Source: Lama glama
Taxonomy: Eukaryota
Length of the DNA: 64,000 bases
Direction: 5' to 3'
Assembly: GCA_028534125.1 (NCBI GenBank)
Contig: CM052839.1
Span: 34,224,001 to 34,288,000, forward strand
Positions 1 through 12,500 of the stretch are shown in pieces. Numbering within the stretch: the first letter of the stretch is position 1; each line of letters begins with the position of its first letter. Under the pieces are notes generated by a model. It saw nothing but the letters and a program-made list of their open reading frames with translations. It was not told the origin of the DNA and did not search any database. The position numbers and the translations under genes were made by a program.

Positions 1-83
1 ATTTTTAGAGGAAGTGCTGGGGATTGAACCTAGGACCTCATGAATGCTAAGCATGTGCATTACCACTTGAGCTACACCCTCCC
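1..83 (-). mobile_element. tRNA-derived SINE (camelid vic-1-like), cut by window edge
   Basis: Reverse complement reads GGGAGGGTGTAGCTCAAGTGGTAATGCACATGCTTAGCATTCATGAGGTCCTAGGTTCAATCCCCAGCAC, with Pol III A box and B box. Same family as the copies at 4239, 13908 and 40195. Confidence 0.85.
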
Positions 84-619
84 TACAACCTGGTTAACTT
101 TTACCTGTCCCTCACTACTCATCTCAGGTGTTCTCTGCTACAGGAAGTCCTCCCATATTGGAATATGGTTCTACGTCAACAGATACTACAATTAGAAAAG
201 GACCAATTCAAAAGGCTTTTCCTCTTTTGGAAGAAGTCGAATTAGAATATGCCAGGATATCTTAGCAGAAGGCTGAGCAGAGAAGTTAGTTCCCTATTTC
301 CTGAAACCGTGAACAATTTTATTTAACCATTCGCCTTCCCTCGCACTTATTCCCCTACCCGCACCCCATCTTCACCCGAAATCTACCGTGGGCATTTAAA
401 CATTTTGGAAAACAAGATAATTAGAAGCTCTGTTTAGTTTGATTTTGGGAGTCACCTGGATCTCTGTCGTTAAGAGGGCTTGACTCACTGCCTATCCAGC
501 CTGGGATGAGATGGGGATGCGGTGGGGGTAGGTGCAGGGAGAAGGCAGCAATAGGATATGGCTCCTCTTTGAAGGATCAGACAAACTACCATCTGGGCCC
601 CAAGTTTCCCACCTGAAAA

Positions 620-1520
620 TGAGAGAGGAAAGGGAGAGGGAAAGCAGGCGCTCGCCTATCCCGCAGGGCAACTCCGCTCCGGTGTCTCCGGGCCAGGCCG
701 AAGCCTAGTCTACTCTCGGGCTGCAGCCCCTCATCTTGGGAATCGAGAAGGATTCGGGTGAAAAGGGGCCCGTGGAAGGTGAGGGGGGTACCTAGGATGG
801 CCGCTCTGCTGAAGGCCCGCCCCTGGGGAGATGGAATCGGCGTCGGGGCGAGGAAGGACTGATCCCTGGAGCGCACCAGGCGGCCCCTCCAGCCCGGTAC
901 CTGGTCCTGAAGTTAGCAGGCAGTTTCGACCCCGTCTCAGCTCCGCCTCCCTAGTTTAAGGCCGCGCCGCCGCCAGGCTGGTTGCTGGGAGAGGTACGCA
1001 ACGTGCCATGCGCAGTAGAGGGATCTAGGGTGGGCTGGTAGAGGAGAGCTCCGCCCCGCCCTACCCCGGCTCCGCCCCGCGAGGGTGAGGTAGCCCCGCC
1101 CCATCCCCGGCCCCACCCAGGGGCGAGCGGAGAAGCTCCTCCCCGCCCGCCCCACCTCGCACGGATGAGAAAGCTCCGCCCCACCCTAGAGCGGCTGGGG
1201 AAGCCTCATCCCGCCTCGCCCCGCCCCGCGCGGGTGAGGAAGCCCCGCCCAGCCCCGTGCGGGTGATGAAGCCCCGCCTCGGCCCGGTTCCCGCGTTGCT
1301 TTGGGTGCGACCCGCCTTCAGCAGCGGCTTCAAGAAGGGAGCGGTTCTCCACTTCTGAGTTATCTCCTTAAGCGCTGCGCGTACCCGAGGGCGTTACGTC
1401 TCCAACAGAAGGAACTCGTTTCCCCAAGCGTGGAAGCCAACGACCTAGTTGTCGGTGTGGCCTTCGGCGTTGAAAAAGGGTTCCCCGGAGCCTCCGCCCC
1501 CGCAGCAGGAAGGAAGTAGG
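620..1520. promoter_or_regulatory. CpG island / promoter of STRADA with many GC boxes
   Basis: High GC and CpG density; repeated CCCCGCCC/CTCCGCCC Sp/KLF motifs at 1049-1280. Confidence 0.85.
901..1010 (-). other. STRADA: Non-coding first exon of STRADA (gene continues beyond left edge)
   Basis: Minus-strand donor CCAG|GTACCG at 901/900 inside the CpG island, downstream of the GC-box cluster. Identity inferred from the conserved order STRADA-CCDC47-DDX42-FTSJ3; no STRADA coding sequence is visible and the TSS is approximate. Confidence 0.6.
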
Positions 1521-4238
1521 AAGGTTTCAGCAATGAAGAGTCAAGGGGACTAGAGTAAGGCAAAATCAACACTGGCTGCTGACTTGGCTACTTAGTTTTT
1601 TTTGTTCTTTTTCCTTTCGTGTGGCAGGACTTCAAAAGAAAGACCTGCCTCGCACTTTTCTTTGAAAGTATCTCAAATGCTTCTCACTTTGGCCTCTCGG
1701 GTACCGGACTGCCAAGCTTCAAAGCGTAAACCCACCCTTTCTCTGTGCCTCAAGTTCTTTATCTGTAAAAGGAGGAAAATAGCTCAACTAATGGGAACTA
1801 TCTCCCCCTCCCCAGATCTTTTTGTTCTGGAATTTTCCTTACCCACAACTCTGCGACATGTACTGTTTGCAGAAACCTGTCAGATTTGCCTTGATGGGGA
1901 AGCTAGTCTAAGCTGAGGCATGCAGGCTTGAGAAATGATGAAGCAATAAGTGGTGGAGCAAGAGACTCCCTTCTGTGAAACTGCGTTTTTCAGTGACTGA
2001 CTCCGTCCACGGGGGTGGGGTGGATCGAAAATTGAATAACACACTCACCATCAAGTAATGAACATTAGCCCTTCCCAGCTAATTCTTGACACAGATTTAT
2101 ACCGATCTAACTTCCAAGATGGGGGAGTTCAGCTACATTCAAACACGGACTGATGGAAATTTGACGCCGAAACTGAATGTGAGCTTTGCCAGTCCATCTC
2201 AGTATCTCGTTCAATTTTACACACATCACTTTAATCTTACATAGTGCTTTAACATATCTAAGCAATATCTTCACTGTTCTCTCATTATCAAATAAGATAC
2301 TTCTCTCAGCAGCAAACTCGGTAAATCGACAAAGCAAGATAGTAACAAATTGAGACAAAATTCCTGCAGTGTTTTTCTGAAAAGACTATCTTCACATGTT
2401 GTCTTTGGAATCGAGGATACTACAAGTCAGACCTGAAAAGATGCCAAACTTGATGCAGCCATCACAATGGGGAATTTAAACACGGGAATACTTCTCATCT
2501 GTTCTAATACCTAGCCCAGTAGCTGTGTCATTTTCTAAGTGGGGGGGTGGTGGCTAAAAGATCTCACCATCTATATGACTGCCTACAAAAGCTGGATTAA
2601 GAACCTTTTGGCCTAGACTCTGTAGTAACTGTTTCAAGGAGCAAATTTCCATTAGCTTTAGTTTTCTTCGCAAAAGGGCCTCCTAAATTCAGATGTTAGA
2701 AAACTGATGTAATGAAAGATCAATTTCAGAGTTTACAGTCTCCTCTTGCTTTGCTTTTGACTTATGAGCCCTGGAATACACAAGCTCCCTAATGCTTTCC
2801 ACTTACATATAATAAGAGCTGGAACTTTCCAAGATTTCTAAAGCATTCTGAAACTGGCTTGAAATCTAGAGGAATGGAGATGGACTGAAGATCCTGGCTC
2901 TTTTGTTTTTAATTCTGCGTATCGTTTAAACTAAGCACACTGCCCTCTTCAAGATATCTCATAAATTAACTGTGAGAAAGGTAAAACTAATTGATTAGAA
3001 TACTCACGTAAGAGCTAGAAATGCTTATGATGTGTAATTAACAAGTTGAGCAAGGTTATTTAATTTATAGAGCATTTCATATGTCAAAGCACTTTATACA
3101 TGTTATCTAGTATGATCCTCTGAATAGGCATTTTAGAAAGGGGAAAGTAGATAATGCCCACTTATAGATAAGGAAAGAGGCTTGTTAAAGCACTAGAATA
3201 GCACCTGGGTCTCTACCCACAAATCCAGAGCTCTTTCCTAAAGCAGGAAACTGGCTTCAATTGTAGCTTTGCTATAACCTTGCTAAGTGATAGTTACATG
3301 CAAGAAATAGAGGCAAAAGAAAGCTATTTAAGCATTTAAGTTGAAAACGTGGTAAGAAAATAGCTAAAGAGTTCTCCCTCAAGCAAAGTTGATATAACAA
3401 ATAACCTAGGCAGATGCAATATTATCTGATTTCCAGGTTAACTCCCATAGAACTAAATACTTTAAAAAGCTTGGATATCTTTTACATAAGTAAAAGTTAT
3501 ATTTGGATAAAAGCAAATAGGTAAATTAAGGACAGTTAATCTAAAAAATGAAAATAAAAAGATAATATCCATTAAAAGTGGCACAGTAGTAGATACAAGT
3601 TTCTCCCTTTTAGAAAAAAAGTTTTTCCTGAAGTTGGTATTACTTCTCAGCTCAGAGAGCTAAGATGGCATTCAACTTGTACAAAGATAAAGACGCTACA
3701 CTTTTTTCCAAATGCAACTAAATCTTTTGCCCATTAGCAAACTCCAGAAACTGAAAAAATAATTTTCACCATTGTTTTAGCAGTCTGTAATACAAGCCAC
3801 TCCTATGCATATAACTGTGTCCTCCCTCTTAATCCTTTCAAATCATTTAAAATAAATGGAGGCAGGAACAGCGAGGAAAGAATCTGGGATGATAAAACAC
3901 AGTATTTCACCCCTCAAACTAAAACCCATACATCTTGGATGGTGTAATGAGAATGCTAATTAATGTTTTTGTTTGGTCTAAGTCTCATCTAAAGAAAGAG
4001 TTTCACATCTGGTGCCTGACAAGGAAAGATTCTATTACTAAGGAAACAGAATTGTAAAGTACCTCCCCCTCCACATCCCCCAGTACACCTGTCAAGTTTT
4101 GCAGGTGAAGTTAGAGAACTCTGAAAGGGTCTACTTGGTTTCCACTGGGGTAAAGAAAAGCAAAACAGAATAAAGCAAAAATACACCACTTGGCAAATAG
4201 GCCTAGATGATACCTTACATTTTTAAAGTGCTATCATT

Positions 4239-4351
4239 GGGGGCGGGGCGGGTAATTAGGTTTATCTATTTTTAGAGGAGGTAGTGGGGATTGAACCCAA
4301 GACCTTGTGTGTCAAGCATGCGCTCTACCACTGAGCTATACCCTCTCCAGC
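4239..4351 (-). mobile_element. tRNA-derived SINE (vic-1-like) with 15-bp TSD
   Basis: A/B boxes on the minus strand; exact direct repeats TAAAGTGCTATCATT at 4224-4238 and 4352-4366. Confidence 0.9.
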
Positions 4352-4399
4352 TAAAGTGCTATCATTTACAGGAGAATTTTACATATATTACCTCTTGGT

Positions 4400-4560
4400 G
4401 TTTACCTCCATGTGAGGTAGGTAAAGAAAATTACTATCCTCACTTTGTAGAAGGGTTAGACAGAGACTCAAAAGAGGTTAGTGACTTGACCCAAATCAAA
4501 GGATTAGTAACGGGTTTTGCAGGAACTAAAAGCCAGGTCTTTATCCTCCAGTCCAGTGCT
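4400..4560. mobile_element. MIR SINE fragment
   Basis: MIR core-like text (TGTGAGGTAGGT...ACAGAGACTCAAAAGAGGTTAGTGACTTGACCCAAATCA); boundaries approximate. Confidence 0.65.
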
Positions 4561-4814
4561 TGTTTTGGCATTGCTAAGTGCCCAGGCAACGTAGGCAAGA
4601 TTGGTAGGCTTAGTGGCTTTCCAATGTGTGACAGTCAACAACATTCTCCTCTCTTTGTCCTCTTAGTCACAGGAGAGACAACGGTGTCTTAACTCTAGTT
4701 GGGGTCTTTGGGGAGGAGCCCCTTAAAAACATATGGGGCTCTAAAAATATAAAACATTCTAAGACTAACTGGTAACAACTAAAGGATTATTGTCAATGCC
4801 AACTCTTTTGAAGG

Positions 4815-6575
4815 AAAAGCATTTCAGTGCTGACTTTTATTGAACAAGAACCTTCCTATGGGCTTATCTCTTGTAGGGCAATCCCAGAAAAGTAAAGGCG
4901 GCACTCTGATATTTTTGTCAATTAGTTTAATATATGTCCGTAGGTAGTTCATATGAATGCTTAAATTACAAAATTAGCTGCCATGGTCCAAATGTGTGGG
5001 ACTTTAAGAAAGCTTTTATTAGTCAAAAGATAGCTAAGCAAATCAACTTTGATTTCTAAAATGCATTTTAAAGGTTTGTAAAACAAGACTAATTCTAGAG
5101 TTATATAGCATTAAAGTAATTAAATTTTGTTATTTTTCTTATTTTAATAACTTAATTTCATGAACTGTTAAAAAATATTACATTTGCATCTCAGTTTACA
5201 CATTTCTGCATTAACTTTTGCAGGTTATTAATTAAGAGAAAAATTAAGAGAAAAACCCATGTGAAAAATTTCCATGCAGTTACAAAGGCAGCAAGCAGCA
5301 CATGCTGTTTTCACAGCAACTTGTCATTGCCTCAGAACACACCTGCACATAAAGTATCAAAAACAAACAAACAAAAACCCACCCACCCCTCTCCCACCAA
5401 AAACCCAACCCTTTCCCATCCCCAGCAAAAATTACCGGGTACAAGCAGTGACTTAAAAAATGCTTTCTTAGTAGGAAGCATTTATAAAATGCAGATATCT
5501 GAACAAGCTAAAAGCTCGTGCAGATAGATGGGCCTCTCCCCCAAGAGTTCCCTCCTCCAGAGGCAGAGAGAACTCTCAATAGTTTAGGAAAGCTCATTTT
5601 TAAAAGTACATTTATGCATATTCATGGCTATTTCTTTATAAGAATATACCCAGCCTCAACTGTGGAAGAGATAAAAGCAGAAGGAGAAGCAAAGGGACGC
5701 AGCCGTAATACAGAGAACAGAGCTTCTCCGTGAACATCCAATAGGTTGCAGCAACCAAGAAGGAAAGCATTTGTGACTTCACATAGACCACTGAGCTCAT
5801 CTAGATGAAGCAATTAACTTTTCATGCATGTGTTACTTAAAACATACAACCACTTAAAATACAGCATTCACATTGTCATTGGCTCGTGGTAGCAGGTAGG
5901 AGAAAACTGTGCTCCTGTACTACCTATCCCTAGAATTTTCCACGTATGCGTAAGTATCCTAAAGCCTACAGGTAGCCTACAATACTGTCATCAGCACGTC
6001 CCACCTACAAAACATATACTGAACATATACTGTTTTGAGTCGCTGAAATTTCAATACCACGTATGTATAGTGTTCTAAATTTTACTTTTTTACAAGTTTA
6101 ATGTAGACACAGAAGAAAACACCAAGCAATGTTTATTGTGCAATTCCAATAGTTATTTGTGGAATCTCAGTTTAGAGTCAGTCTTCATAGCCATTTCAAC
6201 TGCCTAGTTTGAACAAAAGCAACAATCTAATTATGTACCTATAAATTCCCATGGTATTTCTTCAAACATCAAAGCACTAAAAGCACTGATGATTCATGTT
6301 CTAATTTTTTAAGTGTTTTAAAACTACAGATTTCATATAGCATTCCTTTTATAAAATAATCAAAACTGGATTACCTGGAAGAAAATTACTGAAACAGAGT
6401 CCTTCCAATGTACCTATAACCTTTGTAAAACTCCATACCCAAAAAAGAACAGATGACGACATAAGGATTTCTCAGTCTCTGGGAAACTTTCAGATGAAAA
6501 ATGAACTGGTGTTTTTTGTTTCCTGGGATTTCAAAATTTACAGGTGGCATCAGGACTCAGATCTCTGGGATGACT
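4815..6575 (-). other. CCDC47: CCDC47 3' UTR
   Basis: Follows the TAA stop at 6578-6576; minus-strand AATAAA at 6132-6137, 5015-5020 and 4836-4841; distal end approximate. Confidence 0.65.
4836..4841 (-). terminator. Distal poly(A) signal of CCDC47
   Basis: TTTATT on plus = AATAAA on minus, followed on the minus strand by T-rich sequence. Confidence 0.6.
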
Positions 6576-9500
6576 TTACATAGCCTTCACTTTGATTTGT
6601 TTCATTTTCATTTGCTTCTTCTCCAATTTCTTTTGCTCACGCCTCAAAGCAGCTTCCTAGAGTAAAAGAGGGAATCCAAAATTAGATCTGAGCACTTGTT
6701 TTAAAAAAAAAAAAAGAATCAAAATTAGAATACTGCCTATACTATTTATGCCTGCACCACAAATAATATTCCAGAAGATAGTTATAAAAATTGCTAATTT
6801 TGTATGTTGGTTACTGAAAAGTAACTTGAAACAAAGTAAAGGTAACTAAAACCTCAAGTTAGGGAGAAACTAAACACTACATTTAAGTTGACTTTGTTAT
6901 TCTGGTCTGATTTTTCCTATACACAGGAAACACTAGCCCAACTTTCATTGTTAACATATGTATCTGCCAAGGATTTGTATTTCAGTTCTAAAACCTTAAG
7001 ATCTTGTTTGATCAGGTTATTAATTGTAAATCCCTTCTTATTAGCATAGATGTTACATTCAAGCACAACACTTTTCAATTTATAATGTTCAATTGGGAAC
7101 TTTTATCATATTTTTATTTAGGAATTAGGAGGCTGTGCAGAAGGAGAAAGAAGCTTCAAACACATAATTCTGGTACCAAAAGTTACTGGTTATTATCATC
7201 TATACTGAGTGAAATCACAGAGGCCAAAGTATGACTTCACGGTTAGTTATTAGTGGTCATATCTGATTAAAGCTTATTTCTCCTGCAATCTCAAACTTAA
7301 TTTTTTTTTAGGGGTTTAAGGTAGAAAAGTCCTGAACAAAATACACCACCACTGGTACAAGATTGAGAAAATATAGAGGAGGAAAAATAAAAGAACATAG
7401 TATATATAAAGTTCTTGACAGTATAACAAATGATGTTTCAAAGGATGATCTATGAATTGTTGGTTTGGGAACTACTTATTGTGTCAGGTTCCCACACTAG
7501 ATAACAGAAAACTATCCATCTATACGGCAGTATAAGCCTGAATGTTTATATATCCACACCTGTGCTATTATGTAAGTATTTTGAAGAACTGAACCATCAT
7601 TGTTATTTCGAAGAACTGAACTTCTATGGAAAAATGCATTCTGAGTTTGGGTTCACAAAGGCAGGAACGAACCCACCTCCCTTGGCAGCTGCTGCCTCCT
7701 GTGAGGGCTCAGGAGCAAGCAAACAGCAATAGCTATGTATATCAAAAGCTATACTCTCCTGGGACAGCTATATAGAATGGTCAAAATACTGTCGCAATGT
7801 CCCTTTCCCACTGTCCCAAGCCCTACCTCCATCATAATCATTCTTTCCCCAACACTCTCCATCCTTACCATATTACATACTATATGCATGTGTAAAATTA
7901 CCAATGCACAGAATACAGCATAGTGGTTAAGAGAAGAAATCTGTTTACCTTAACATATTTAAGAAACATATTTCTGTTAATGTCAATAAATTACACGAAA
8001 AATGTTCATCTTCAATAGTAATTCAAAAAATGCAAAACAAATGAGATACCACTTCTATACTATCAGAATCATACATTTAAAAGCTTGTTAAATAGTTTTC
8101 ATAAAGATATGAGTAAAGAGGAACTCATATCATATCCTGGTAAAAGTATAAATTGGTACAACTTCTTATTGACAGCCTATCTCTCTCTTTCTCTCCTAGG
8201 ATCATTTTCCTCAGGAAATTAAAAAAAAGCACAAATATGGAAAGATTCTTGATAGACTACTGTATTTTTAATATAAAAAGTTTATAAGATGATCTACATT
8301 AAGAAAAAGGATACGTACACTAAACATATATGTAGCTGATGAACTAAATAAACTATACAGGGTTAACAATGGTTACTTTAAGGATAACAGTTGTCTGAAG
8401 AATTGTATTTTTACATGATAGAATTAAGGTTAATTTTAACATCTGTGTATATGTTTCTTTATATTTTTCAAATTAAATATGTAACAAAACAAAACAAACA
8501 AAGCTATACCAGTAGTGGCAGGAAGGTCCAAATCATTTGTATAAATGAGCCATTCAAGCCAGAAATTCACTGAAGTTTTTTTTTTTTTGGTTCCTTTCTC
8601 ATTTAACTTACTGGATCTTTTCACAAGGTACCTAGGCCTAGATACTATAAAGTGGTAGTTCTAAAAAATACATGGTTTATAGCCACAAGCAGTTTACAAT
8701 CTGACTCAAGTTCTGGGCCCCCTTTTTCTTAAACCTATTGTAGTTTCAAACCCTAGAAATAACTAGAGAACTTCTTTTCTCATAGAAAAATGAAAAGAAC
8801 TGTCTATTAATGAGTCCATGTAGATTCTTCCAGCATATCCATTAGAAAGCCATTTATGTTTATAAAGAAGATTGCATAAACACAGAGCTCTATTTTCAGA
8901 GGGAAAATACCCATCAACTAAACCAAACCAAACCAAACCAAAAATGATGAGAAAGGATAGGATGAGAGGAGTCCTGCTGTATTCTGGGCACTTCACCCAA
9001 CAGCATTAATAACTCAACCGGCAACTAAAGTGCCACACAGGGCTCACTTTTTCTTGGCAGCCTACTTCCTCCACTTGCAAGAATTTTCTTCAATCCCTGA
9101 GGTTATTCTCATTAAAATTCACATTTCTTAGAACTTCGTTCTCTTCCTCTTTTTTGACCAGCATTTACAAGGATTAAAATTTTCGAGCTAGACTACAGCA
9201 TTTCACCTCACAAAATGTGAGAACATGCTGATGTTTGAAACACAGCACACTACAGCCCCCAAAGCTCCTGAGTTTGAGATTCTAGTTATGTACAAAATAT
9301 AAAACAAAATACAAACAAAAAATATTAGAATTCTCTAATTCTATGATCAAAATAAAAATTTCATAGAACAAGGTTATTTGGACAACAGGGCACATGTGCT
9401 GGCTTCTATTAAAATTCTTAATTTCTTTCCACTTCAGTAACTGGCTTGAAAGGTGACAGTGGAACTTTCAAAAAGGGATTGGGCTGGAGGAATGGAGTAA

Positions 9501-12500
9501 TTCACATCATTCTCTAGGATCACAGACTCTAACACAATTTGAACAGGAAGGATTCTTTATTCTTTTTTATAGGACCACCAACTAACTGTTCCAAGTGCTG
9601 AGACAGGCTAAGCTTTTACTCTGTGCACATTCCCATACAGAATTACCTTAGGAGCCAATATGGCACAAATAGGCATCCTTAGAAGTCTTAGTTTTACCCC
9701 AGCAACAAGAAAATTTGTCTTACCTCCAACCTGCGCTGTTTCTCAGGATCTTCCTCATTCATGATTCGCTCCTTCTCTGCTCTTTTCTTCTCCTCACGCC
9801 GAGACTGTGCAGCTTCCTGTCTCTGCACGTGCGTCAGCTTCAAGAAGTTCTCCTCCACGCGCGCTCTGTTCTTGTCTGCTTTCTGTTTGCCCTTTCCCCA
9901 AGAAACAAAGCGCTTCATAAGAAATTCATTTCAATCCAACAGAAGCAAAATCCCATTTAGTATTCCTTCATAAAACCAGTCCCATTTAGCACTTTCATTC
10001 AACTAGCAAAGACACAATTGCTGAAGTCACTGATAGCAGACACCCCCTCGCTCCCCCCAGGGGGAAAACACAATAAAAGGCGCCAACGTATATAATAAAG
10101 GCTGCAGGTCTTACTTCTCTGTTGAGTCGGAACTTTTTGGCTTTATCAATAGAATAAATCACCATGTTCATTAGGGGTAGTAAAGCCTCCATATCCTTTG
10201 GGTAAGTGTTACCTGAGCCAGGCACTGGAAAACAAAGCCATTTTCCTATTGAGTTAATGGCAGCATTCATACTTCTGGTATTAATTAACTGTTTTTTCTT
10301 TCTATATTAACCTTTCTCCAAGTTTCTTAGGCAGCTAAAATGCTGCAGAAAATAGAAATTAAAATATCTCTTATTGAAGAAACCCAAAAACCAATAAGCT
10401 GGCATGGAGTTAGTTTTAACGGAGTTTTTAATAGCTATCATTTAGGAAGAAACAATACTCTCCTTAAGATCATCTCACAGAAAACAAAGAACCCAAAGGA
10501 CACAGAACACTTACCATTAAATGTAAACAATAATGTCCTCTTAGTTTCAGGCAGCTTTAAAGGTTGACCTTCCCTGTCATAAAAGAAAAGGCTATTTAGA
10601 AAGAACACGAGAGAGAGAGATTTTCCAAGTACATAAGTCACCCAATTCACTTAGATGAACAGATACCTGCAAATAATCAGCACAGTATTTGGCTTGGCAT
10701 CCCCAAGTCAAATACAATCCCAGAGCCTGGAGAAGCTTTACAGTCACCTGGTCTACTCATTTATCTGATGGATGTATTCCCAAGTGATCTTTATCCTATC
10801 TTTGAACACCCCCAGTGATGTCCCCTCCAGGGAGGATACATTTCATCTCACCAGGGGAGCCAGAAATGAGCCTATATTTAAGTATGAGGCCCATATTTTA
10901 AATAACCTTTTTGTTTTGATGGAGTTTCATGTTTTATTTCCAACTCTTAATCTATCTTCCTATAATATAGGATCTTATTTTGAGTCAGGCTCAGAATAAA
11001 CTTAGAAGTAACCTACTATAGCATATATACTTTAGTTCTGACTCACCAAAGATTCCTCTTACAATCTTTGACTTTCAACCCCCCCTCACTCTCCCCAACA
11101 CGCAAAATGCTACACGAATGCCACAACATGATACTTTGCCCACAGTGCTGTTACTGAGTTGAGCAAGGCAAGGGTGATGCAACACCATCTAGAGGCACAA
11201 ATAATTTTGATTACTCAAGTCATTCTGACACAGAACTAAAATCCAAACTGGCTTTTAACTGTACTCAACTCCGCAGCTTATGAAAGAGTAGCCCTTAGCC
11301 AAAAATTTAGGTCAGAACCAATTCTACACCAAGGATAAACTTAAATATGCTCTGAGACAGGCTGTGAATTCAAACAACAAATTCAAGCCGTGAATATGTA
11401 CATTTGAACATTATTACTGTAAAGCCAGAAACTTTATGGGCATTAAGGGTGTCTGATAATATACCAGAAAGAATATAATCACCCAACCATTCGAAGAAGG
11501 AAGCCAGAAAAGGCCATGAATTACAAAACTCACAGATTTGCAATCAAACATTACAGATTCATATCATAAATTGAAAAAAAAAACACTTAGACTACAAAGG
11601 ATAGAGATTACCAATGCACTTTCTTCTATTAGCCATTCTATGAGTCTCAGCTACCTCACTGAGTGGGTGGTGTTTACACACACAGTGACACATGCAAATG
11701 GGGGAGGCTTATTTGTCTCCTGTGGGTTTCCAGTTACCTTCAAAATGCATGCAGTCAAAGCAAAGGAAAACCTGGATGCCTGTCACCAACGTCCCTCACT
11801 TATTTGGGAAGAGAAATTGCAGAAGCACCTGTCAAGTATTTCAACACAGAGAGCTAGTGAAGATAATAATTTCAGTATTTTTATTCCATACATACTCTTG
11901 CATAATTTTTGGACCAGAGAACTGGTCTGAGAAATGAACGGATTCAATCTTGTCAGCATAGTGTGTAAGAAAATGCACCATCTGAAATAAAGAAAAGAAA
12001 ATTATTTTTTTAAAGTAGGTTTGATGCATTTCCTTTTTTTCATAAAGATATTCACTATTTAATCCTCCTTACTTTCATACAATGTCGTTAAGGCTAAAGT
12101 TTAAAAAAATTAAATTTAAATAAGGACTCTCTCTACAAACAAACTAGTACCTTTCTTTAGTCATACCAATGATTAAAATTCTTCCTACTTAGCAGCTGAA
12201 AGTATCTTTCAAAATAATGTCCTAAATACGAATCAGAGCATGAACATAAAATCTAAAATAATTTCAGGGGATTCTTCACAACCACATCTCCCAGAACTTA
12301 CATTTAGAACTGTCCTTGAGGTATCCTGTATTTTTATAATACTAAAATGTGTTGTTACAATACACAACTAGTAAGAAAAAGATAGCTCTCTATGTACTCA
12401 TCTGCTATACTACCTCAAACCTTAAAAAAATGGCACTAAATGACATGGTGATAAGGATTAAAGTTGTAGTCCTTTTTCAAAAAAACTTGAAAGCCGTTAG

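Noticed and set aside
2107-2358. 83-aa intergenic ORF between STRADA and CCDC47
   Set aside because: TTG start, no recognisable homology or exon structure.
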